Source of the DNA: a virus
Direction: 5' to 3' (one strand)
Virus record (IMG/VR): IMGVR_UViG_3300030061_003795
Length of the DNA stretch: 64,000 nt
Shown here one piece after another: positions 10,097-19,658 of the stretch. The position numbers and the translations under genes are program-made. Under the pieces are notes generated by a model that had not been told where the DNA came from, made no database searches, and saw only the letters and a list, made by a program, of their open reading frames with translations. The stretch's first letter is position 1; every line of letters begins with the position of its first letter.

Positions 10097-10882
10097 ATGA
10101 ACACAGACGAAATTAAGAAGAGGCTTGCTCGCCTTCAAACGAAGGGCTCAAACAACCCAAATTCAAATGGGAAAAAATGGACAGATAATTTTTGGAAACT
10201 TACACCAGGTAAGAAACATGAAATTAGACTATTGAAGTATAAACACAGTGATGACACATTACCATTCACAGAGTTGTATTTCTACTTTGGTATAGGAAAA
10301 CCAAGAATGATTTCCTTAGTTAACTATGATGAAGCAGATCCAATAATGGAATTTGCATCTGAGTTAAGAAAGACCAACGAAGAAGACAACAAAAAACTCG
10401 CTAAAAAACTTAACCCTAAAATGAGAGTATTTGCTCCAGTAATTGTTAGAGGTGAAGAAGATAAAGGAGTTAGGTTTTGGGAATTTGGTCCTCAAGCATA
10501 CACTGAATTACTCCAATATATGGATGATGAGGATTATGGGGATATTACAGATGTTAAGAATGGTTTTGACATTAAACTTGAGCAAATTCCAGCCGAACAA
10601 AGTGGAAAAGCTTACCCAACAACTACGATTAAACTTAAACCTAGAACAACTCCATTAAGTGCAGATGCTAAACAGGCGGAAGATTGGTTAGAAAATCAAC
10701 CAAATGTAAAGAAACTTTACACTAAAGTAGAGTATGATGACATGAAAACAGCTTTAATGGAATGGGTTAAACCAAAACTTGAAGGTGGAGAAGAAGAGGA
10801 AGCTGTAGCAGCAGGGACCAATTACACTGATACTAAAAAGAAAAATTTAAACAAAGAATTAGACGATTTATTTGAAGATTAA
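10097..10882 (+). CDS. gp32-like single-stranded DNA-binding protein
   Basis: FWK..PG...IRLL, PVIVRGEEDKGVRFWEFG, DYGDITD..GFDI; acidic tail LDDLFED. Confidence 0.8.
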   Translation: MNTDEIKKRLARLQTKGSNNPNSNGKKWTDNFWKLTPGKKHEIRLLKYKHSDDTLPFTELYFYFGIGKPRMISLVNYDEADPIMEFASELRKTNEEDNKKLAKKLNPKMRVFAPVIVRGEEDKGVRFWEFGPQAYTELLQYMDDEDYGDITDVKNGFDIKLEQIPAEQSGKAYPTTTIKLKPRTTPLSADAKQAEDWLENQPNVKKLYTKVEYDDMKTALMEWVKPKLEGGEEEEAVAAGTNYTDTKKKNLNKELDDLFED

Positions 10883-10884
10883 TT

Positions 10885-12066
10885 ATGGCTAAGAAGAAAA
10901 AAGAAACCAGTACACCTTCCCTAACTGAAGATCTATCTCAAGTATTAGCAGATAGTATAAATACTAAAGTAGGGAAAGGTAAAAAACAAATGGCCTATTT
11001 TCTAAATGGCACAGGTAATGATGATCCAAGTAGTATCATGGGTTGGGTTTCCACAGGTAGTTCTATGCTAGATTTAGCAATTTCTAACAGACCTAATGGT
11101 GGTTTACCAGTAGGGAAAATAGTTGAAGTGATGGGAATGGAACAATCAGGAAAGTCCCTTTTATGTGCTCATATTATAAAGTCAACCCAAGAACAAGGAG
11201 GGGTAGGTGTCTATATTGACACCGAAGCCTCCTTAGATACTAGGTTTTTAAATGCAATAGGGGTAGATACTGACAAAATGATATATATTCCTATTGATAC
11301 TTTAGAAGATGTTTGGGCCACAGTTGAAAATGCTGTAGTTAAATTTAGGGAAAAAAATCCAAACAAGATTTTATCTATAATTGTAGATTCACAATCAGCA
11401 GCAACTACAGCAGCTGAATTGGAAACTGACTTTACTAGAGATGGTTTTACAACTGAAAAATCTATCATAAACAGTAAAGCTTTAAGGAAGATAACTAACT
11501 TAATTTACAAACAAAAAGTTTTACTAGTAGTTACCAATCAACTTAGAGACAAAGTAGGAGCAATGGCATTTGCTGAAAAATATACAACTTCAGGAGGTAA
11601 GGCTCTTCAATTCCACTCTTCAGTAAGATTATTAGCTAAAAATGTTAGTAAAATTAAAGAAGATGTTAATGGTGTTGAGCAGATAGTAGGAAGAGAAACA
11701 GAAGTTATGATAAAAAAGAACAGATGTGGTCCACCAGAACGTAAAATTCGATATGAGATTTACTACGATTCTGGTATAGATGACAACAGTGGTTTGTTCG
11801 CTATGTTGAAGAAGTATAAAGTATTAAAAGGCGGAGGAGCTGGATGGTACACTTATGGAAATATAGATATTGAAACTGGAGAAATAATAGAAGAGAAATT
11901 TCAAGGAGCCAATGGGTTTCATGAATTAGTTAACACACGACCTGATATAAAACAACTTATGTATGAAGACATATGTGACAAGTATATTATGAAATATCAA
12001 CACGAAGTTGAAGGATTTTCAAGGGACGTGGATGCAATAGAAAAAGAAGAAGTAAATGGGGAATAG
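10885..12066 (+). CDS. recA: RecA/UvsX-like recombinase
   Basis: STGS.MLD.AI, Walker A GMEQSGKS, YIDTE, IVDS, TNQLR, TSGGKALQFHSSVR. Confidence 0.92.
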   Translation: MAKKKKETSTPSLTEDLSQVLADSINTKVGKGKKQMAYFLNGTGNDDPSSIMGWVSTGSSMLDLAISNRPNGGLPVGKIVEVMGMEQSGKSLLCAHIIKSTQEQGGVGVYIDTEASLDTRFLNAIGVDTDKMIYIPIDTLEDVWATVENAVVKFREKNPNKILSIIVDSQSAATTAAELETDFTRDGFTTEKSIINSKALRKITNLIYKQKVLLVVTNQLRDKVGAMAFAEKYTTSGGKALQFHSSVRLLAKNVSKIKEDVNGVEQIVGRETEVMIKKNRCGPPERKIRYEIYYDSGIDDNSGLFAMLKKYKVLKGGGAGWYTYGNIDIETGEIIEEKFQGANGFHELVNTRPDIKQLMYEDICDKYIMKYQHEVEGFSRDVDAIEKEEVNGE

Positions 12067-13090
12067 CGTTTTAGATATTTTAAATAACATCAACAACGAC
12101 ACCCCTCCACATCCGAACGATAAAATACTCTTAATTGATGGCCTTAATTTATATATTAGGGCCTTCTCAGCGAATGGGGCTGTGAATGATAAAGGAGTTC
12201 CTGTGGGGGGAATGGTTGGTTTTTTAAAATCGTTGGCTTTGCTTATACGTGAAGTCAATCCGACAAGAATTATAGTCACTTTTGATGGAAAAGGTGGCTC
12301 AAAAAGAAGAAGAAAACTCCATCCTGGATATAAAGGAAATAGAAAACCAGGAAAGAGATTAACAAGATGGGATCAATTTCAATCTATTGAAGATGAACAG
12401 TATTCAATGGCTACACAATTATCTCGTTTAAGTGAATATTTGGAGAATTTACCTTTAACAACAATTGTAGTAGATAATATAGAAGCTGATGATATTATTT
12501 CATATCTTGTAACAACTACATTTAAAGGAGACAAAATATGCATTGCTTCTGGTGATCAAGATTTTCTCCAATTAGTAGACGAAAACACTACAGTTTGGTC
12601 TCCTTCTAAAAAGAGATTCTTTACTCCTGACACAGTTTTAAAAGAATATAACATACCTAGTTTTAATTTTTTAATTTATAAATCGCTGTTAGGAGACCAA
12701 TCAGACAATATAACTGGAGTAAGAGGACTAGGCCCTAAAAAAATCCCAAAACTTCTACCGGAAATTATAAAGTCGCCATTAAGTATAACCGACATAATAG
12801 AATACGCCTCCACACAAGAGGGAGAAATGTTTGAAAGGATAATCAACAATAAAGATAATCTTCATCTGAATTATAAGTTAATGGATTTACAAGTAACTGA
12901 CATTTCAGGTCACGCTAAAATGAAGATAATGGAAAGTTTAGATTGTAATTCTAATTTGTTAGACAAAAATTCTTTCATACGGTTATATAATAATGATTTT
13001 TTAGGAGAAGCTTTAGGAAGACCAGAACAGTGGTTAAATAATAGTTTCCTAAGATTAAACACGTTACTAAAACAATTAGAAAATGAGTGA
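12056..13090 (+). CDS. 5'-3' exonuclease / RNase H (T4 Rnh, PolI N-terminal family)
   Basis: LIDGLN, FDG, YKGNR, EADD, SGDQD, GDQSDNITGVRGLGPK (H3TH). Confidence 0.92.
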   Translation: MGNSVLDILNNINNDTPPHPNDKILLIDGLNLYIRAFSANGAVNDKGVPVGGMVGFLKSLALLIREVNPTRIIVTFDGKGGSKRRRKLHPGYKGNRKPGKRLTRWDQFQSIEDEQYSMATQLSRLSEYLENLPLTTIVVDNIEADDIISYLVTTTFKGDKICIASGDQDFLQLVDENTTVWSPSKKRFFTPDTVLKEYNIPSFNFLIYKSLLGDQSDNITGVRGLGPKKIPKLLPEIIKSPLSITDIIEYASTQEGEMFERIINNKDNLHLNYKLMDLQVTDISGHAKMKIMESLDCNSNLLDKNSFIRLYNNDFLGEALGRPEQWLNNSFLRLNTLLKQLENE

Positions 13091-14432
13091 GGGTAAATTA
13101 ACAGAATATGGAGCATCGTTTCAAAACAAAGCAATTTCTAATCTAATTACAGATCCTGACTTTTTAAGACAATCTATAGAAATAATTTCTCCATCGCATT
13201 TTGACAATGAACATGATAAGTGGGTAGTTAGTAAGATTATAAGTTACTATGATGTATATAAAACAATACCTTCTTTAGATTACTTTAAGGCAGAACTTAA
13301 GAAAATTAAAACAGAAGTTCAAAAGTTAGCCATAAAAGAGAAAATTAAAGAAATATATGCTGTCTCTAAAAGTAAAGATTACAAATATATTGGAAAAGAA
13401 TATATAGACTTTTGTAAAAATCAAAATCTTAAAACAGCTATTAACACTTCAGTTGATTTGTTGGATGCAGGAAATTACGAAGACATAAGAGTTCTAATCA
13501 ACGATGCTTTACAAGCAGGAAATCAACAAGAAGGAGGACACATATACAAAGACCATTTAGAGGAAAGATATTCTTCAAAGGAAAGAGTTACAATACCTAC
13601 TCCTTGGGAGTCTGTTAATGTTTTACTAGGTGGAGGTTTAGGTCCTGGAGATTTAGGAGTAGTAGCAGGTAATCCAGGAGGTGGTAAATCTTGGGTAATG
13701 GTTGCAATAGCAGCTCATGCTGTAAAGATGGGAAATAATGTTTTATTTTGTACTTTAGAGCTAGATGAAGATTATGTTGGTAAGAGATTTGATGCTTATT
13801 TTACTAACATTCCAGTAAACGAATTAAATTCAAGTTCTAAACCTATAATTAAAGACGCCATAGGTAAATTGTCCGGATCACTTGAAATAAAGCGATTTAG
13901 AGCACAAAAAACCACTTTGAGCGAGGTAGAAACATACACTGAAAGATTAATTAATAATGGCTTTAAACCAGACTTAATAGTAATTGATTACATAGATTTA
14001 CTTAAAGTAAAAAACAATAAAGACAAAAGAAATCAACTTGAAGATCTTTACACTGAAGCAAGAGAATTTGGAAAAGAATATAATGTTCCAATTTGGTCAC
14101 CATCTCAAGTTAATAGAACGGGAGCTAGAGAGGAAGTTATTGAAGGAGACCAAATAGCAGAAAGTTATTCTAAATTAATGATTGCAGATTTCGCAATGTC
14201 ACTTTCAAGAACAAGAGAAGACAAAATAAATGATACAGGAAGATTTCACATTATGAAAAACAGATATGGAGCAGATGGATATACGTACAATGCCGATTTT
14301 GACGCATCTACTGGCGTAATTCATATAAAAGGAAAACATACTCAAGTATCTTCAGGTAATCCTGAAATCCCTAATTCGGGTAGTACAGGTAGAGTAATTG
14401 AAAATTTAATAGGTGGAAGAAACACTTATTAA
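13083..14432 (+). CDS. dnaB: DnaB/gp41-like replicative helicase
   Basis: Walker A GNPGGGKS, TLE, IDYIDL, SQVNR, KNRYG. Confidence 0.92.
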   Translation: MSEGKLTEYGASFQNKAISNLITDPDFLRQSIEIISPSHFDNEHDKWVVSKIISYYDVYKTIPSLDYFKAELKKIKTEVQKLAIKEKIKEIYAVSKSKDYKYIGKEYIDFCKNQNLKTAINTSVDLLDAGNYEDIRVLINDALQAGNQQEGGHIYKDHLEERYSSKERVTIPTPWESVNVLLGGGLGPGDLGVVAGNPGGGKSWVMVAIAAHAVKMGNNVLFCTLELDEDYVGKRFDAYFTNIPVNELNSSSKPIIKDAIGKLSGSLEIKRFRAQKTTLSEVETYTERLINNGFKPDLIVIDYIDLLKVKNNKDKRNQLEDLYTEAREFGKEYNVPIWSPSQVNRTGAREEVIEGDQIAESYSKLMIADFAMSLSRTREDKINDTGRFHIMKNRYGADGYTYNADFDASTGVIHIKGKHTQVSSGNPEIPNSGSTGRVIENLIGGRNTY

Positions 14433-14502
14433 GGACTTCAGCAAATTTTATTAAGTTTTGTTTATCATTATGTATTTATAATCACGAAAAGATACACAAG
14501 AC

Positions 14503-14528
14503 TGAAGGCAAAAACGCCTTCATTTTTT
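14503..14528 (+). terminator. Intrinsic terminator-like hairpin
   Basis: TGAAGGC-AAAAAC-GCCTTCA followed by T6. Confidence 0.7.
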
Positions 14529-14596
14529 GACTCGCTTAAAACCGAGGCTTTTAAAAGATTTATATATTTATTAACCCTTAAAAAAAAAAGTTAAAT

Positions 14597-16642
14597 ATGG
14601 ACATTTCACAGAAAATACTATCAGACATAGTAATTCACAACAAATATGCAAAATACATTCCTCAAAAACAGAGAAGAGAAACTTGGGAAGAGCTCGTTAC
14701 TAGAAATAAAGTAATGCACCAATCTAAATTTCCTAAACTTGAAAAGGAAATTGAAGAAGCATATAAATTTGTGTATGATAAGAAAGTATTACCTTCTATG
14801 AGAAGTCTCCAATTTGCAGGAAAACCAATTGAAATAAATAATTCAAGAATATTTAACTGCTCTTACCTTCCTATAGACGATTGGAGGGCATTTAGTGAAG
14901 TTATGTTCTTACTCCTTTCAGGGTGTGGTGTTGGATATTCTGTTCAAAATCATCACGTAGATAAATTACCAGAAATAAAAATACCAACTAAAGATAGGAG
15001 ATTTTTAGTAGGAGATTCAATTGAGGGATGGGCAGATGCAGTTAAGGTTTTAATGAAATCTTATTTTGGAATATCAAGTTCAAGACCTAAATTTGATTTT
15101 AGAGACGTTAGACAAAAAGGAGCAGAATTAGTTACTGTTGGAGGAAAAGCACCAGGCCCTGAGCCATTAAAGGAGTGTTTAGTCCAAATACAGAAAGTTT
15201 TAGACAGAAAAAAAGATGGAGAGCATTTATCCCCAGACGAATCTCATGATATTATTTGTCACATTGCAGATGCTGTATTGTCAGGGGGAATTAGGAGAGC
15301 AGCTTTAATTTCACTATTTGACTTACATGACGAAAGAATGTTAGTTAGTAAAACTAACAGTGTTGAATCAAAGATTTTATCTCAAGAACACAAAACATAC
15401 ATAGATGCCTTTGGACGTCATGAAATGGAAAATGAAATAGTTCTAAAAGTAGAACAAGATGGAGTTGTTTACGATGATATTACAATTAGAAGAGATAAAG
15501 ACTCAGGTAAATTTTGGGATTTAGAACAATATAAAAGAGACGGAACTTTAGGTTGGTGGGTTTGTAATCCTCAAAGAGGAAGAGCCAATAATTCAGCAGT
15601 AGTTATTCGTTCAAAAGTGAAAAAGAAAGATTTTTTTGACCTCTGGGATAAAATAGTAGCAAGTAACACAGGAGAACCAGGAATTTATTTTTCAAACGAC
15701 AAAGATTGGGGAACTAATCCATGTTGTGAAATAGCTTTACGCCCTTTCCAATTCTGTAATTTAACAGAAGTTAATGGAAGTGACATAAAATCGCAAGAAG
15801 ATTTAAATAGTCGTTCGAGAGCAGCAGCATTTTTAGGAACTTTACAAGCAAGTTATACAGAATTTCATTACTTACGTGATATTTGGCAAAAAACAACAGA
15901 AAAAGATGCACTTGTTGGAGTAGGAATGACAGGAATTGGATCAGGAGCAGTTTTAGGTCTAGATTTAGAAGAAGCTGCCAACGAAGCAAAAGAATCTAAC
16001 GCTAAATTAGCAAAAATACTTGGAATTAAACCAGCATCAAGAGTAACTACAGTAAAACCATCAGGAACTAGCTCATTAGTTTTAGGAACTTCATCAGGAA
16101 TTCATGCTTGGCACAATGACTTTTACATTAGAAGAATGAGGTTAGGTAAAAATGAAGCTCTTTACCAATATTTAGCTGAATATCATCCAGAATTAATTGA
16201 AGATGATATATTTAAATCGCAAATTCAAGCCATAGTTTCCATTCCACAAAGAGCCCCTGAAGGTGCCATTTTAAGAACAGAATCTGCGCTAGATTTACTT
16301 GAAAGAACTAAAAAATTCAACACAGAATGGGTAAGAGCAGGCCACAGAAAAGGAGCCAACACAAACAATGTTTCAGCAACAATTTCAGTTAAACAAGAAG
16401 AGTGGGAAACAGTAGGAGAGTGGATGTGGAAAAATAAAAACACATTTAATGGTCTTTCAGTATTACCTTACTCCAATGGTAGTTATCAACAAGCACCTTT
16501 TGAAGACATAGATGAAGCTACATTCTTAGAAATGGAGGGTCATTTATCAGGCATAGATTTAAAGATGGTTACTGAATCAACAGATGAAACAGACTTAAAT
16601 GGACAAGTAGCTTGCGCAGGTGGAGCTTGTGAAATAGTATAA
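14597..16642 (+). CDS. nrdJ: Class II (adenosylcobalamin) ribonucleotide reductase, monomeric RTPR type
   Basis: PSMR, FNCS, GCGVG, RRAALI, TNPCCEI, CNLTE, TTVKPSGT, C-terminal CAGGAC. Confidence 0.92.
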   Translation: MDISQKILSDIVIHNKYAKYIPQKQRRETWEELVTRNKVMHQSKFPKLEKEIEEAYKFVYDKKVLPSMRSLQFAGKPIEINNSRIFNCSYLPIDDWRAFSEVMFLLLSGCGVGYSVQNHHVDKLPEIKIPTKDRRFLVGDSIEGWADAVKVLMKSYFGISSSRPKFDFRDVRQKGAELVTVGGKAPGPEPLKECLVQIQKVLDRKKDGEHLSPDESHDIICHIADAVLSGGIRRAALISLFDLHDERMLVSKTNSVESKILSQEHKTYIDAFGRHEMENEIVLKVEQDGVVYDDITIRRDKDSGKFWDLEQYKRDGTLGWWVCNPQRGRANNSAVVIRSKVKKKDFFDLWDKIVASNTGEPGIYFSNDKDWGTNPCCEIALRPFQFCNLTEVNGSDIKSQEDLNSRSRAAAFLGTLQASYTEFHYLRDIWQKTTEKDALVGVGMTGIGSGAVLGLDLEEAANEAKESNAKLAKILGIKPASRVTTVKPSGTSSLVLGTSSGIHAWHNDFYIRRMRLGKNEALYQYLAEYHPELIEDDIFKSQIQAIVSIPQRAPEGAILRTESALDLLERTKKFNTEWVRAGHRKGANTNNVSATISVKQEEWETVGEWMWKNKNTFNGLSVLPYSNGSYQQAPFEDIDEATFLEMEGHLSGIDLKMVTESTDETDLNGQVACAGGACEIV

Positions 16643-16644
16643 AA

Positions 16645-17202
16645 ATGATAAAACTTAAAGACATACTAAGAGAAATTGGAGAAGCCAACATTGCACCTTT
16701 CAATTGGACAAAAACTTCAGGAGATTCTCCCCAACAATTCAAAGAAAAAATGGGGATGGAAGTCTTTGCAGATTATGGATATGACACTATTATCACATAT
16801 AAATTTACTACCGATAAAGGAACACAATATGGAGTAGATTTACAGATAGAAGAAGATAAAGAATGGGAGAAAGGTATTGAATGTGAAATAGACTTCTCCA
16901 TAAAAGGCGGAGAAGGTAGATACTTACCTATGGACTCAACAAATATGCATGAGCAATATGCAGTTATGTCTACTATAACAGACATACTTGTTACATGGGT
17001 AAATGAATGGGATAAAGAGTTTTATATATCTAAAATTAAGATAGATCCTATTAAGGATGAAGAGGATGACTACAGTGATAGAACACAAAATAAAAGAGGA
17101 AAGTTATACCATGCCTTCATGAAAAAACAACTACATAGACTTAATAAAGAATATTACATAAATGTTTTTGACAACCACTTTGAAATTTCTCCTAAATCCT
17201 AA
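16645..17202 (+). CDS. Hypothetical protein with MIKLKDILRE leader (candidate internal virion protein)
   Basis: N-terminal basic amphipathic leader ending in LxE. Confidence 0.5.
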   Translation: MIKLKDILREIGEANIAPFNWTKTSGDSPQQFKEKMGMEVFADYGYDTIITYKFTTDKGTQYGVDLQIEEDKEWEKGIECEIDFSIKGGEGRYLPMDSTNMHEQYAVMSTITDILVTWVNEWDKEFYISKIKIDPIKDEEDDYSDRTQNKRGKLYHAFMKKQLHRLNKEYYINVFDNHFEISPKS

Positions 17203-17270
17203 AAACCAAAATGAGACAAGACGACTGGATAAGTAAATTATATTATAGATTTGATTTTTCACAAAAAAAA

Positions 17271-17301
17271 TTTGGATCCCCGAATGATAATTCATATATT
17301 A
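17271..17301 (+). promoter_or_regulatory. Promoter TTTGG-N19-TATATTA
   Basis: Same motif and spacing as 10048, 39714, 56653 and 58551. Confidence 0.7.
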
Positions 17302-17310
17302 ACATAGATC

Positions 17311-17484
17311 ATGAACAAACGAGACGCACAAAAGATGAAAGTAGGGGCAACCCGAAAAAATCAAAAGGAACAAGGCTACTTTGATGGTAGGTTTGTAGAA
17401 AGGTCAGAAAAGTTACAAAATAAATATAAAAGAAAACCAAAACACAAAAATAAAAGTTATGACGGAGACGAAGACGAAATATGA
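17311..17484 (+). CDS. 57-aa basic protein, ArfA-like (absent from ORF track)
   Basis: Manual translation MNKRDAQKMKVGATRKNQKEQGYFDGRFVERSEKLQNKYKRKPKHKNKSYDGDEDEI; ATG 10 nt after promoter. Confidence 0.55.
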   Translation: MNKRDAQKMKVGATRKNQKEQGYFDGRFVERSEKLQNKYKRKPKHKNKSYDGDEDEI

Positions 17485-17659
17485 GGACTTAGCAGTTCCA
17501 GAATTAATAAACTTACTAACAATAGTTTTACTAGAAAAGGACCGAGTATTTAGATATCACCCTAAAAACCCCAAAGCTACTCCAATAGAAGAAGAATACG
17601 ATTCTCTTCAAGAAGATATTCAGACTATTACAACTTTAATCACTGAAAAAAGTAAGTAA
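17459..17659 (+). CDS. Hypothetical protein
   Basis: 66-aa ORF, coupled to next gene (TAATG). Confidence 0.55.
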   Translation: MTETKTKYEDLAVPELINLLTIVLLEKDRVFRYHPKNPKATPIEEEYDSLQEDIQTITTLITEKSK

Positions 17660-18111
17660 TGGGGTCAAAAAAAGTACCAAAAAAACCTAAACCTAAACGC
17701 TCTGCTATGAGATTTTATTGGTGGAGACGATTTGGAACCCACAAAAGACTCCCACAAAAAACCTCTCTATTAGATAAAATAAGAAATGGGGATTTTTTAT
17801 CATCTCCCTATTGGGATCAAGCTAGATGGGAGGAAACATATTCTTCTCAACACATTAAAGAAGTTAAAAAAGAAAGACCCTTAATAAGTCAAGAAGAAAT
17901 ATTAGATATAGAAAGAACCTACATTAAACGAAAAAATAGACTCTTAGAAGATGCTTTTAACGACGACACTAGACGCTTAAAACACTTAGAAGAATGTTTT
18001 GTTAAAGAATTAGGGGGTAGCAAAAAGCTTCTGTACAAATGTATAGAAAATTGTGAAGGAGATGAAGAAGTCCTTTACCACGAATATCGAGAACAAGTTA
18101 AAAGTTTATGA
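17659..18111 (+). CDS. Hypothetical protein
   Basis: 150-aa ORF (FYWWRR..LLDKIRNGDF); ATGA overlap with next gene. Confidence 0.6.
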   Translation: MGSKKVPKKPKPKRSAMRFYWWRRFGTHKRLPQKTSLLDKIRNGDFLSSPYWDQARWEETYSSQHIKEVKKERPLISQEEILDIERTYIKRKNRLLEDAFNDDTRRLKHLEECFVKELGGSKKLLYKCIENCEGDEEVLYHEYREQVKSL

Positions 18112-18905
18112 AAATATCACACGAAGTACCTATTCCTTATTTAAATCAGAGTAGAGCATTTAATCAATATGACTACTGTCTCCCTCACTTACTAGATGAA
18201 AGTGAAGAATATAAGAACTATTTCCAAAAATCTAAGGAAATGGGACGCTATATTATTATGGATAATTCCCTACATGAATTAGGTAAACCTTATGATTCTG
18301 ATAGATTATGGTATTGGATGAATTATTTTAAACCCGATGAATTTATAGTGCCTGATTATTGGCAAGATAAAACAAAAACATTAGTTACAGCTAAAGAATG
18401 GATTAACAAAGAATATCCAGAAGAAACAACCCCCGTAGCTGTAGTCCAAGCTGATTGTAAAAGTGATGCTTTTGAATGTTATCACATTTTAAAAATGCAG
18501 GGTTATAATAAAATAGCTTTTAGCTACGGTGCTGATTGGTATTACAAAGAAGGATTAAAATCAACCCCCGATAGTAATAATAATTTTATAACTAAAGCTC
18601 ATGGGAGATATAACACAATAAAAGAATTTTATGGAAAAAAACTAATATCTAAATATGACAAAGTTCATTTATTAGGATGTAATGTACCACAAGAATTTAG
18701 TTGGTATGAGGACATGCCTTTTATAGAGTCACTAGATACCTCCAACCCGGTAATTCACGGCCTCGCAGGAGTAAAATATGAGGATTTTGGATTAGAAGAA
18801 AAGCTACCGTACAAGGTAGATAAATATGAAGGAAACGAGGAGAATTGGGATACAGTATTGTATAACATCTCTAAATTTAAAGAATTCCTTCCAAACATTA
18901 AATGA
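18108..18905 (+). CDS. TGT/DpdA-like TIM-barrel transglycosylase (deazaguanine pathway)
   Basis: IIMDNS, IVPD, PVAVVQ, VHLLG, SLDTS match TGT-family strand motifs; adjacent to que genes. Confidence 0.65.
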   Translation: MKISHEVPIPYLNQSRAFNQYDYCLPHLLDESEEYKNYFQKSKEMGRYIIMDNSLHELGKPYDSDRLWYWMNYFKPDEFIVPDYWQDKTKTLVTAKEWINKEYPEETTPVAVVQADCKSDAFECYHILKMQGYNKIAFSYGADWYYKEGLKSTPDSNNNFITKAHGRYNTIKEFYGKKLISKYDKVHLLGCNVPQEFSWYEDMPFIESLDTSNPVIHGLAGVKYEDFGLEEKLPYKVDKYEGNEENWDTVLYNISKFKEFLPNIK

Positions 18906-19402
18906 TGGTAACAACAATTTCAGTAACAATTACTCTTATCTCAATTTCATATTCAATATGGATTTATTTAAGTAACAGAGATTTTAATAAATCAGCAGAA
19001 ATTAAAGCAAATGCTTTATTAGAACGATGGAAAGTAAAAGAAGAAAAAAGAATCAGAGATGACGCCTATAAAAGGAGTAGAGCAGTAGGTTTTGGAAAAA
19101 CAATAGAACATTTCGTTCCATTTATGGAAGGCTTTCCAGTAAAAGCAAAAGATGTTCAATTTTATGGTAATCCGGTAGATTATATTGGAATTAAAAATAG
19201 AAATAGCAAAACAAAATGTGAAGTTCATTTTATAGAAGTTAAAAGTGGAAGTAGTAACTTAAACCAACATCAAAGAAATATAAAGAAAGCAGTTGATGAA
19301 GGAAGAGTATACTTCGACATAGTAGAAGTAGATGGTTTAACAGAATCAGAAAAAACACTAACAATAACAAATAAACAAACTAAGGATGCAGACCGTAAAT
19401 AA
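18902..19402 (+). CDS. Membrane-anchored PD-(D/E)XK endonuclease (Endonuc_Holl-like)
   Basis: N-terminal TM; RSRAV..GK..EH..PF, FYGNPVDYI, FIEVKSG..LN..QR. Confidence 0.8.
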   Translation: MMVTTISVTITLISISYSIWIYLSNRDFNKSAEIKANALLERWKVKEEKRIRDDAYKRSRAVGFGKTIEHFVPFMEGFPVKAKDVQFYGNPVDYIGIKNRNSKTKCEVHFIEVKSGSSNLNQHQRNIKKAVDEGRVYFDIVEVDGLTESEKTLTITNKQTKDADRK

Positions 19403-19649
19403 AGTAGAATATTACTCACTATATGAATATCTTAACAAAGCTGCAGGGCCAAAATTAGGAAGAGAAGTCAATGCTGCTTCCAAAAGAACAAAACAGCCTA
19501 TAGTAAAACAATACGTTGAACAGGGAGGTTACAAGGGAGAAGTATTTTGTTATACTAGAAAATTTTTAGACGACTATTTCTATGCTGTAGAAAATTGGGA
19601 ACCTTACAACAAATACCCTGAACCCGAAGATGATGATTTACCTTTTTAA
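19386..19649 (+). CDS. Hypothetical protein with SSB-like acidic tail (EDDDLPF)
   Basis: 87-aa ORF; C-terminus PEPEDDDLPF. Confidence 0.6.
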   Translation: MQTVNKVEYYSLYEYLNKAAGPKLGREVNAASKRTKQPIVKQYVEQGGYKGEVFCYTRKFLDDYFYAVENWEPYNKYPEPEDDDLPF

Positions 19650-19658
19650 AAACAAAAT

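Noticed and set aside
15353-15550. Intein or intron in nrdJ
   Set aside because: No splice-junction residues, too short, reading frame uninterrupted.
17211-17384. 57-aa ORF MRQDDWISKLYYR...
   Set aside because: Runs through a promoter and overlaps the better-supported 17311 ORF by 74 nt; possibly a gene remnant, not supportable.
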